Origin: Clostridiales bacterium
Lineage (GTDB): Bacteria; Bacillota; Clostridia; DUPQ01
Assembly (NCBI GenBank): GCA_023145435.1
Contig: JAGLDS010000003.1
Span: 64,276 to 128,275, forward strand
DNA: 64,000 nt
Reading direction: 5' to 3'
The notes under the pieces were generated by a model, which was not told the DNA's origin, made no database searches, and saw only the letters and a list, made by a program, of their open reading frames with translations. Positions 34,858 to 43,508 of this stretch are shown one piece after another; the stretch's first letter is position 1; every line of letters begins with the position of its first letter. The position numbers and the translations under genes are program-made.

Positions 34858-35664
34858 ATGATGAACATCTATAAACGTGAAATTAAAGATAAATTAAAAT
34901 CAACAATAGTTTGGTCAATATCTATTTTTGCTTTAATTATGCTATTTATGTCAATATTTCCTGTTTTTTCTAGAGATGCAACAACTCTTAAATTAATGAT
35001 GGATAATTACCCAGAAGAAATGTTAAAAGCTTTTGGTATGAGCGGTGTTGATTTAGGATCAGTTGCTGGTTATTTTACAATGACGTTACTTTTCACACAG
35101 ATTTGTTTAGCAATTCAAGCATCTAATTATGGATTTTCAATATTATCATTGGAGGAACGGGAATTAACAGCTGACTTTTTATTAACAAAACCAGTTACAA
35201 GGACAAAAATCTTTTTCTCAAAATTTGCTGCTGCATTTACTGCGTTAACAATCACTAATGTAGCTACATGGGGTAGTACTTACTTATCTATTGAAATGTT
35301 TAGAAATGGTAAAGATTATGATATTGATATATTTATAAAAATGATGGCAACTATTGTTTTGTTCCAACTCTTCTTCTTAGGAGTAGGAATGGTTATTTCA
35401 ATGTTGGTAAAAAAAGTTAAAAGCGTATTAACATTTTCAATGTCACTTTCATTTGGAATGTATATTTTAAGTGCGTTTGGAAGCATTATTGGTGAAGATA
35501 CGTTAGGTTATATAACACCATTTAAATATTTTGAACCAAATACGTTAATAATTAATGGTGCGTATGATAGAACAATGATTTATGTTTGCATAACTGTTAT
35601 TGTTGTTTCGCTACTAGCAAGTTATATTTTGTACAATAAGCGAAATATACATTCAGCCAATTAG
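34858..35664 (+). CDS. ABC-2 family permease
   Basis: 268 aa with 6 predicted TM segments by eye. Begins MMNIYKREIKD. Directly follows the ATPase gene. Confidence 0.7.
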   Translation: MMNIYKREIKDKLKSTIVWSISIFALIMLFMSIFPVFSRDATTLKLMMDNYPEEMLKAFGMSGVDLGSVAGYFTMTLLFTQICLAIQASNYGFSILSLEERELTADFLLTKPVTRTKIFFSKFAAAFTALTITNVATWGSTYLSIEMFRNGKDYDIDIFIKMMATIVLFQLFFLGVGMVISMLVKKVKSVLTFSMSLSFGMYILSAFGSIIGEDTLGYITPFKYFEPNTLIINGAYDRTMIYVCITVIVVSLLASYILYNKRNIHSAN

Positions 35665-35670
35665 GAGGGA

Positions 35671-36468
35671 ATGATGAATATTATATTACGAGAGTTACGA
35701 GCAAGTATAAAATCAATGGCTATTTGGTGTGGTGTTTTTACAGTTCTTATTTTTATGTATATGTCAGAGTTTTCAGCCTATGCAAATAATGAAGAAATGT
35801 TAGCAGTATTAGATGGTATGCCAGAAGCTATGCTAGAAGCATTTCAGATGAATTCATTTAATTTAACAACATTAACAGGATTTTATGGTATTTTATTTAC
35901 ATACTTTATTTTAATGCTTTCTATACATGCTATTTTAAAAGGAAATTCAATTATTTCAAAAGAAGAGAGAGATAGAACAGTTGAATTTACATTAGTACTA
36001 CCAATTAAGAGAAGCAAAGTAGTAATTGGAAAACTTATTGCAGTTATTATTAATTGTATAATCATTGATGTATTTCTATATGGAATAATTCTATTTAGCA
36101 TACAATCTTATTTACCAGAAGAGAATTTTATGGAATTTCTTTTACTTCTCTTTGCTAGTACATTTATTATGCAGATGCTGTTTTTATCATTGGGAATAAT
36201 GTTTGGATGTGCTATGAAACAATATAAAAGAAGTGGGTATCTTGGTATATCAATTATTTTAATTTCATATGTTTTATCAATTGTTAGTGGCTTAAGTAAG
36301 AAACTTGAATTTTTAAAATATATAACACCATTTAAGTTTTTTGATACAGCAGTTATTAAAAATGAAATGGCTCTTGATTGGAAATATATTCTTATCTCTT
36401 TTACGATTATTGTAATTTGCTTAACAATTGGACTTATAACATATAAAAAGAGAGATTTATATATCTAA
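35671..36468 (+). CDS. ABC-2 family permease (paralogue of the preceding gene)
   Basis: 265 aa with the same architecture and the same MMNI start. ITPFKYF/ITPFKFF is conserved in both. Confidence 0.7.
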   Translation: MMNIILRELRASIKSMAIWCGVFTVLIFMYMSEFSAYANNEEMLAVLDGMPEAMLEAFQMNSFNLTTLTGFYGILFTYFILMLSIHAILKGNSIISKEERDRTVEFTLVLPIKRSKVVIGKLIAVIINCIIIDVFLYGIILFSIQSYLPEENFMEFLLLLFASTFIMQMLFLSLGIMFGCAMKQYKRSGYLGISIILISYVLSIVSGLSKKLEFLKYITPFKFFDTAVIKNEMALDWKYILISFTIIVICLTIGLITYKKRDLYI

Positions 36469-36646
36469 ATTAAAATATTAACAACATAAAGAAAAGCCGA
36501 TGAAATTTTGTCTTTTATAAGGTCTAGAAGTAATAAATACTATTATTAACAAAGAAACTATAAATGAACTTAGAAAAATTGGTGAGGATGTTATTAATCA
36601 AGAGAATAAACCTACTAATGAGAATGTAAAGAATTAAGGAATTATT

Positions 36647-37999
36647 TTGAGTAAAAACACAAAACCAAATATTTTATTTATTATGACTGATCAGCAATCA
36701 GCACATATGATGAGTTGTGCTGGTACTTCGTGGGTAAATACACCTAATCTTGATCGTATTGCTAAAAAAGGAATATTATTTAATAGGGCATATTGTAGTA
36801 ATCCTGTGTGTATTCCTTCACGATTTTCACTTTTTACTGGAAAATTACCTGAAGTGATGGGATTACGTTCAAATGCACATAAACATTTACCAATATGTGA
36901 TAAAAAAATATTAGAAAATGGAATGGGACATTTGCTAATTAAAGAAGGATATGAATGTTTTTTTAGCGGGAAACAACATTTCCCGGGTTATAAAGCAGAA
37001 GACTTGGGATTTATGGTTTTAACAAAAGATGAGAGAGATGAACTAGCGAAGGTGGCAAGTGAATTTATAAAAAGAGAACATGATAAACCCTGGTTGCTGG
37101 TAACTTCCTTTATAAATCCCCATGATGTTTGCTACAAAGCTATAGGTGATTATATAATCGACAATGATTTAGATATTGAGACATTTCAAAAATCTATTGA
37201 ATATAAGACATATAGTTTATTTAACAAGATTCCAGAAGGTGTAACATCTGAGGCTTTTTATAAAGATATTTGTCCACCACTACCTATAAATCATAAACCA
37301 CAGAAAGATGAACCTGCTATTTTACAGGATTTTTTAGATCAGCGTTTATTTAAAAAATATATAGCTAGTACTTATACAGAAAAGGACTGGCGATTACATA
37401 GATATATTTATAAAAAGTTAACAGAATTAGTTGATGTGCAAATTGGAAAGGTTTTAGATGCTTTAGAGAATAGTAATTATGCTGAAAATACATTAATTGT
37501 ATTTACGTCAGATCATGGCGATATGGATGGATCTCATAGATTTGAACATAAAACATTGTTTTATGAAGAAGCAATTAAAATTCCTCTTATTATTTCACAC
37601 CCAGGATATTTAAAAGAAGGTATTAAAACTAATATTCTTGCATCAAATGGGCTAGATTTATTTCCGACAATACTTGAATATATAGGTGGTAAAATTCCTA
37701 ATAATCTACAAGGTATAAATTTATTAAACGCAATGAATAACCCACAATATGAGAGATGGTTTATACCAATAGAAAGTGAACTGGGTAGATGTATTGTAAC
37801 AAGAGATGTTAAATATGCAATGTATGATTATAATGAAAACAAGGAACAGTTATATGATTATATAGCTGACCCATTGGAAACTAATAATCATATTAATAGT
37901 CCAAAGCATCAAACTAAAATCAGTAAAATTAAAAAACAATTTGAAAATCAATGGAGTGAAGAGAGCATAATAAAAAATGTCAGCCCACTATTGTTGTAG
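36647..37999 (+). CDS. Cys-type sulfatase (S1 family), cytoplasmic
   Basis: PNILFIMTDQQ and the formylglycine motif CIPSRFSLFTGK. The metal-site DHGD is in TSDHGDMDG. TTG start, no signal peptide. Confidence 0.85.
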   Translation: MSKNTKPNILFIMTDQQSAHMMSCAGTSWVNTPNLDRIAKKGILFNRAYCSNPVCIPSRFSLFTGKLPEVMGLRSNAHKHLPICDKKILENGMGHLLIKEGYECFFSGKQHFPGYKAEDLGFMVLTKDERDELAKVASEFIKREHDKPWLLVTSFINPHDVCYKAIGDYIIDNDLDIETFQKSIEYKTYSLFNKIPEGVTSEAFYKDICPPLPINHKPQKDEPAILQDFLDQRLFKKYIASTYTEKDWRLHRYIYKKLTELVDVQIGKVLDALENSNYAENTLIVFTSDHGDMDGSHRFEHKTLFYEEAIKIPLIISHPGYLKEGIKTNILASNGLDLFPTILEYIGGKIPNNLQGINLLNAMNNPQYERWFIPIESELGRCIVTRDVKYAMYDYNENKEQLYDYIADPLETNNHINSPKHQTKISKIKKQFENQWSEESIIKNVSPLLL

Positions 38000-38044
38000 T
38001 AATTGTTATACATGTTAAAATATGGATATAATAAGGGAAAAAGA

Positions 38045-39116
38045 ATGAAAGTTAAAACTGTCACAACAAAAAAACAAATGAAATTATTTATTAATTTACC
38101 TGGTAAAATTTATGGGGATCATCTGTGTTATATTCCGCCTTTGTGGATTGATAAAAAAAGCATATAAAGGGAAAAACAATCCAATACTTAAAAATGCTCC
38201 ATTTGTATTACTAATGGTAATTGATGATGAGAATGAACCTCTAGGACGTTTGATTGCCTATATTGATAAAATCATAATAAGTACTATAAAGTGAATATAG
38301 GTTTTTTCGTGCATTTGAATGTGTAAATAATAAAAAAGTAGCTGATCTATTAATATCTCATGCTGAAAAATGGGTGTTTTACAAGGAATGGATTGTATAA
38401 GAGGTCCTATTTATCCAGTTGCTGAATATTGGGGATTTGTAATAGAAGGATTTGAAAGTCCACCAGTTTTCATGTCCCCTTGGAATCCGAAATACTATCA
38501 TGAATTTTTTACTAATAGAGATTATATTAAAGCAAAAGATTTATTGGTGTATGAAGCAGATATGGATAAAGGATATACTTCACCTAAAAGATATAAAGAA
38601 TTACCAAAGCGTTTATTAAATAGGTATAAAGAATTATCAATTCAAAAAATGGATATGAAGAATATTAAAAGTGATGCTAAAGCAATATGGGAATTAACTA
38701 ATTTAGCTTTAGCTGATAATTGGGGATATGTCCATTTAGAATTACCAGTGATGGAAGATATGTTTAATAAATTAAAACTAATAGTTGATGATAATGCAGT
38801 TTGGTTGATTGAAACAAAAGATCAAGTTGTTGGTTATTGTTTAGGTTTTCCTGATATAAATATTATATTAAAAAAATAAACGGAAAACTATTTCCATTTG
38901 GGTGGTATCATCTATTATTTAGCACAAAGAAATTAAGAGATTATCGGTTGTTCGGATTAGCAGTTCACCCTGATTGGCACGGGAAAGGATTAGATGCTCT
39001 AATGTATATTAATTTATATAATAGTTTAGCAGAAAAAAATTAGGATGGAAGCTAATTATATTTTAGAAGATGATTTTCATGTAAAAAATGCTTTAGAAAA
39101 ACTTGGAATGAAATAG
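38045..39116 (+). pseudogene. Decayed acyltransferase-like gene (I recall intact homologues of about 360-380 aa annotated as GNAT-family), broken by about six frameshifts
   Basis: Fragments read in three frames: MKVKTVTTKKQMKLFINLPGKIYGDHLCYIPPLWIDKK / AYKGKNNPILKNAPFVLLMVIDDENEPLGRLIAYIDK / NHNKYYKVNIGFF / RAFECVNNKKVADLLISHAEKWV / LQGMDCIRGPIYPV...ILKK / INGKLFPFGWYHLL...AEK / KIRMEANYILEDDFHVKNALEKLGMK. Every junction sits at a homopolymer. Confidence 0.75.
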
Positions 39117-39162
39117 ATTAAAACTTATAGAATCTATGACAAAAAACTAAAATAAAGAAAAT

Positions 39163-39705
39163 TTATTTAATTTCTTCAATAGTTATTTCAACTTTTTCAA
39201 TTAATGCATTAAAATAAACTTTTATTTCTTCTGCTTTAACTTTTAATAATTCAGAGTAACCATCAATGTCTTCTAAGATTGCACCAGTATCAATATTAAA
39301 GATTGTTTTTGATATTATTTCATCATCAAAATAATATAAATAGGTAAAGTTATCTGAAACATAATTATAAGCAAAAACTTCTTGTTCAAATTCATTAGAG
39401 GCAACCCGTACAAAGTTTGTTTTATCAATTGCAAATATTTCTGTCATTTTTATGTCATCTTGTAAAACATTTCTACTATATACACCTGCTACTAAATAAA
39501 AATCTATATTTGCGAATTTTTCATCAAGAGAAATTCCTTGAGATTCTGTTGTTTCAGTTGGGGTTGGGTTCGAAGAATTGATTTCAGAATCCTTTGTTAC
39601 TTCAAACGTGTTAATTGGTTCTTCATCAAGAGGAATAACTAAACTATTAGAACAGCTGGTGAAAATAAGTGTTGAAATCAAACCGATAATTAGTAATTTT
39701 TTCAA
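39163..39705 (-). CDS. Hypothetical lipoprotein
   Basis: MKKLLIIGLISTLIFTSC lipobox. 180 aa; no recognised domain. Confidence 0.7.
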   Translation of the reverse strand: MKKLLIIGLISTLIFTSCSNSLVIPLDEEPINTFEVTKDSEINSSNPTPTETTESQGISLDEKFANIDFYLVAGVYSRNVLQDDIKMTEIFAIDKTNFVRVASNEFEQEVFAYNYVSDNFTYLYYFDDEIISKTIFNIDTGAILEDIDGYSELLKVKAEEIKVYFNALIEKVEITIEEIK

Positions 39706-39750
39706 GATATTCTCCTTCTTCTTTTAATAAAAAAATCGCGATTTAATATA

Positions 39751-40254
39751 TTATAATTCGTCTAATACTTCTGTAGCTTCTTCAACTTCATCTTCTGTTG
39801 GAGCTTCGTCTAGTATACATTCTTGCAAAAGAAATCTTGCTTTTAACTGAGTAGCTACTCTAACTTGAAGATTATATTTATGGGTTGCTTTAATTTGTTG
39901 TACCAATTCAGTAATTTCTTCTCTGTTTTCAGTACGTTGTTCTTCGCTCATGTTTTTATATGCTTCACTCATTGTATGTAATGCTAACTTACTTTCTTTT
40001 GCAAGTAGTAATTGTTGTTGTAGCATAGCTCCGGTTTGGCCTTTTAATTCTGAAGCTTCTAATTTATTTGCAACAAATTTATTCATTGTAGCTTGTTGTG
40101 TTTCAGGTTTTGGAGCAGGATTGTTTCCTTGTGAAGTGGCTGGCATTGGGGCTGTACCTGGATTATTTACTTTTGCACCTCCTGCTAATACAGTTGCTAA
40201 AGATAGACTCATTATAATTAAAATAACAAGTAATATAATTAATAATTTTTTCAT
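39751..40254 (-). CDS. Secreted helical protein with a Pro/Ala/Gln-rich linker (possible Spy/CpxP- or YckD-like envelope protein)
   Basis: Start moved to ATG comp(40252-40254), 7 nt after AAGAGGT. Signal peptide MKKLLIILLVILIIMSLSLATVLA. The mature part is predicted helical and contains MSEEQRTEN. Confidence 0.6.
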   Translation of the reverse strand: MKKLLIILLVILIIMSLSLATVLAGGAKVNNPGTAPMPATSQGNNPAPKPETQQATMNKFVANKLEASELKGQTGAMLQQQLLLAKESKLALHTMSEAYKNMSEEQRTENREEITELVQQIKATHKYNLQVRVATQLKARFLLQECILDEAPTEDEVEEATEVLDEL

Positions 40255-40330
40255 TTCCATGACCTCTTTCATCAATGTTTTATAAAGTATACTCTTATAA
40301 TACAAGCGAATGTTAGGATAATGATGGAAT

Positions 40331-40348
40331 AATTGTGTGAAATTGTGT
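40331..40348. promoter_or_regulatory. Direct repeat AATTGTGT x2 with a 10-bp period (candidate OmpR-family response-regulator site)
   Basis: aattgtgt occurs at 40331-40338 and 40341-40348, between the divergent secreted-protein gene and the RR/HK operon. Confidence 0.4.
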
Positions 40349-40354
40349 AAAGTT

Positions 40355-40383
40355 TTTATATAGCAAACAATTCATGATATAAT
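40355..40383 (+). promoter_or_regulatory. Candidate sigma-A promoter of the RR/HK operon
   Basis: -35 TTTATA (40355-40360), 17-bp spacer containing TGa, -10 TATAAT (40378-40383): an extended -10 reading TGaTATAAT. Confidence 0.45.
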
Positions 40384-40408
40384 TTTCTAGGTTAGCGAGG
40401 GAGATATT

Positions 40409-41065
40409 ATGTACACAATATATATAGTAGATGATGAAAAAGATCTACTTAATCTTGTAAAAAAGTATCTTGAAAAAGAAGGATATAATGTTAGAACTTT
40501 CTTAAATGGTGAAAATGCCATGAAAGCTATTAGTGATAAAGTACATCTTTGGTTACTAGACATTATGCTTGGTGGAGACATAAATGGATATGATTTAATA
40601 AAGCAGATAAAGAAAGAAAATCCAATTCCTACAATATTTATTTCTGCGAGAGATCAAGAGTTTGATAGAGTTATTGGTCTTGAAATGGGAAGTGATGATT
40701 ATATTACAAAGCCATTTTCCATGCGAGAAATGCTACTTCGTGTCAATAATGTTATTAAGAGAGTATATGGGGATAAAGAAAATAATCTTATTCATTATGA
40801 ACCGTATAAAATTGATAAAATAAAAAGAATGATATTTTTTAACACTTTACCTATATCACTTACTTCAAAAGAAACAGACATGGTTTTGTTATTAATAGAA
40901 AATATAAATGTTTCATTTACACGAGATCAACTACTAAATAAAGTATGGGGAGATAATTATTTTGGCTCAGATAGAGTAGTGGACGATTTGATAAAAAGAG
41001 TTAGAAAGAAAATGCCTAAGTTTAATATTGAAACAATATATGGGTATGGATATAGGTTATCATAA
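40409..41065 (+). CDS. OmpR/PhoB-family response regulator
   Basis: Receiver domain IYIVDDE ... LWLLDIMLGG ... FISAR. The C-terminal winged helix ends IYGYGYRLS. Confidence 0.9.
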   Translation: MYTIYIVDDEKDLLNLVKKYLEKEGYNVRTFLNGENAMKAISDKVHLWLLDIMLGGDINGYDLIKQIKKENPIPTIFISARDQEFDRVIGLEMGSDDYITKPFSMREMLLRVNNVIKRVYGDKENNLIHYEPYKIDKIKRMIFFNTLPISLTSKETDMVLLLIENINVSFTRDQLLNKVWGDNYFGSDRVVDDLIKRVRKKMPKFNIETIYGYGYRLS

Positions 41066-42363
41066 TGAAAAAAAAAGGTTTATCATTTCAAATCACTCTA
41101 GTGTTCCTTGTTGCCTTTATTATAACAAGTTTATTATTAGGAGTATTAATTACAAATAGACTTGATGGGTTTTATAAAAATAGTATTTATGAGCGATTAG
41201 AAGCTGAGGGAAAAGCTTTAAAGCAGAATCAAGATTTAAGCGATTATCAACAAGCTGAAGGTATATCCTATATAAAGTATGTAAGCAGTGAAAAGAGTTA
41301 TAGGACGTCAGCTAATATTGATAAGGTTCTAGATGATAAGTCAATTAAACTTTTAATTAATAAAGCTGCCACACAGGAGAAGACCTCAGCACGTTATGTT
41401 AATATCATAGGAGATGATTTAATTTATTATGTAATATTAAATTATCAGGGTTTTTATGATATACAGCAAGAAGATATATTTATTTTAGTTACAGATAATC
41501 AAATGAAAAATACAATGGTTCGTGAAACAACAATACAAATATTAATAGTTTCTATAATTTCTTTCTTTGTTGGATATCTAGTAATTTTATTATGGGTTTT
41601 TAAACTTATTAAAGATACTAAAAAAATATCAGGTTATCTAAGTAAAATTGGCAATTCAAATTATAAAACAAAAATACATACAAATAGACATGATGAAATT
41701 GGAGAGTTAGCAGATAGTATTGAGCTAATGAGAAATAAAATCAGTAAGAATGAAAAACAAAAACAAGAAATAATACAAGGTGTTAGTCATGACCTTAAAA
41801 CACCGATTGCAATTATTCAATCTTATGCAGAAGCATTAAAAGATGGGATGTGTGAAGCAGAAGTAGTAGCGGATATTACAAAAAGAGAGTGTACTCGCTT
41901 AAATGATAAGGTGACAAAATTATTATACTTAACAAGATTAAATTATATTGATATAAGTAGTATTAAAGCTGGACACACAGACATGAAAAAACTAATAGAA
42001 GATATGATTTCTCAATATAATTTTCAAACAGAAGCAGATGTTTTGGTTAAATTAGACGAGAGTAGTTTTTTTGGTGATAAAGAATCATGGAGAATTGTTG
42101 TTGAAAATATTATTGATAATGCCATAAGGTATGCGAAAATTAAAATTTTAATAACACTTAGTAAAGATAAGCTTACAATATATAATGATGGTAGTCATAT
42201 TGATGAGTTACAAGCAAGTAGTATTTTTAATGCTTATGAGAAGAGCAAAGATGGTAAATTTGGTCTTGGATTGTCAATTGTAAAGAAAACCATAGATTTA
42301 TTTGGTTATGAAGTTAAGGTAGAAAATATTGATAATGGAGTAGTATTCATTATATCAAAATAG
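41065..42363 (+). CDS. Sensor histidine kinase (2 TM, about 125-aa extracytoplasmic loop, HAMP, HisKA, HATPase)
   Basis: H-box SHDLKTPIA, N-box DNAIRYA, G-box DGKFGLGLSIV. The ATG overlaps the RR stop (TAATG). Confidence 0.9.
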   Translation: MKKKGLSFQITLVFLVAFIITSLLLGVLITNRLDGFYKNSIYERLEAEGKALKQNQDLSDYQQAEGISYIKYVSSEKSYRTSANIDKVLDDKSIKLLINKAATQEKTSARYVNIIGDDLIYYVILNYQGFYDIQQEDIFILVTDNQMKNTMVRETTIQILIVSIISFFVGYLVILLWVFKLIKDTKKISGYLSKIGNSNYKTKIHTNRHDEIGELADSIELMRNKISKNEKQKQEIIQGVSHDLKTPIAIIQSYAEALKDGMCEAEVVADITKRECTRLNDKVTKLLYLTRLNYIDISSIKAGHTDMKKLIEDMISQYNFQTEADVLVKLDESSFFGDKESWRIVVENIIDNAIRYAKIKILITLSKDKLTIYNDGSHIDELQASSIFNAYEKSKDGKFGLGLSIVKKTIDLFGYEVKVENIDNGVVFIISK

Positions 42364-42385
42364 TAGTATTAAAGGATATAGTTAT

Positions 42386-43489
42386 ATGAAAGTATTATTG
42401 ATAGAACCTTTTTATACGGGTTCGCATAAACAATGGGCAGACCACTTAAAAAAATATAGTATACATCAAATTACATTACTAACATTGGAAGGTAAGTTTT
42501 GGAAATGGCGTATGTATGGAAGTGCTATAACTTTAGCTAGACAATTCAATGAAATAGACAATCAATATGATTTGATTTTAGCTACTGATATGTTGGATGT
42601 TTCAACTTTTATTTCATTAGTAAGGGAAAAACTTGGGGAAACACCTGTCATAACTTATTTTCATGAAAACCAATTTGCATATCCTTGGAGAGAAGAGAGC
42701 GAAGATAAAAAAGAAAAAAGAGATGTTCATTATGGAATGATTAATTACCAATCTGCTTTAGCATCAGATTGTAATTTATATAATTCTGAATATAATATGA
42801 AATCTTTTTTTGAAGGCATATACAAAGTTAATCAATTAATGCCAGATAATAAACATGATAAAATTATAGATGAGTTAAAAAGAAAGTGCCACGTTTTACC
42901 ACTAGGAATGGATCTTTCATCCTTAGATATAAAAGAAGATCTACTAATTAATGAAACACCAATCATACTTTGGAATCACAGGCTAGACCATGATAAAAAA
43001 CCAGAAGAATTTTTTCTTTGTTTGTTAAGAATTAAAAAGGAAAAAATACCTTTTAAATTACTTATTTTAGGAGAACAAACAACTAAACAAAAAAAAACTT
43101 ATTCAGCATATATTGAAAAATTACAATCAAATATTATTCATATGGGATATTGCTCAAAGAATGAATATCGTAAATTTTTACATATGGCAGATATTTTACC
43201 TGTGACATCATCACATGATTTTTTTGGTATTAGTATTGCAGAAGCTATGTATACAGGAGTAATTCCATTATTACCAAAGCGGTTAAGCTATATTAAAATG
43301 TATAATCCGGAGGAAAATCATGAGATATTTTATAATAATGAAGAAGAGCTATATGTAAAACTTAAAAAGCTTTGTAAAGTAAAATCAAGTAATAGAACAA
43401 ATTATAAAAAATTAGTTCAAAAATATGATTGGTCAAATATGATTATTAAATACGATCAGTATTTTGAACAATTCAAAAAAATATTATAA
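42386..43489 (+). CDS. DUF3524 + GT4-type glycosyltransferase, homologue of eukaryotic GTDC1 (tRNA-queuosine alpha-mannosyltransferase family)
   Basis: Block-by-block resemblance to my recollection of human GTDC1: VLLIEPFYTGSHKQWADHL vs ILIIEAFYGGSHKQLVDLL; YFHENQFAYPW vs YFHENQLIYPV; RDVHYGMINYQSALASD vs RDFQYGYNQILSCLVAD; ILWNHRLDHDKKPEEFF vs IVWPHRWEHDKDPESFF; HDFFGISIAEAMYTG vs HEFFGVAMLEAVYCG. Confidence 0.7.
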   Translation: MKVLLIEPFYTGSHKQWADHLKKYSIHQITLLTLEGKFWKWRMYGSAITLARQFNEIDNQYDLILATDMLDVSTFISLVREKLGETPVITYFHENQFAYPWREESEDKKEKRDVHYGMINYQSALASDCNLYNSEYNMKSFFEGIYKVNQLMPDNKHDKIIDELKRKCHVLPLGMDLSSLDIKEDLLINETPIILWNHRLDHDKKPEEFFLCLLRIKKEKIPFKLLILGEQTTKQKKTYSAYIEKLQSNIIHMGYCSKNEYRKFLHMADILPVTSSHDFFGISIAEAMYTGVIPLLPKRLSYIKMYNPEENHEIFYNNEEELYVKLKKLCKVKSSNRTNYKKLVQKYDWSNMIIKYDQYFEQFKKIL

Positions 43490-43508
43490 ATTTAGATTTT
43501 TATTATAT

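Noticed and set aside
36535-36641. A 35-codon open frame (GLEVINTIINKETINELRKIGEDVINQENKPTNENVKN) upstream of the sulfatase gene.
   Set aside because: It has no start codon or SD. It could be a gene remnant, but I cannot support that without a homology search.
39950-40581. ORFs 39950..40285 (+) and 40387..40581 (-), overlapping the secreted-protein gene and the response-regulator start.
   Set aside because: They are antisense shadow ORFs. The second would run through the RR SD and start codon, and its composition is Ser/Phe-rich low-complexity.
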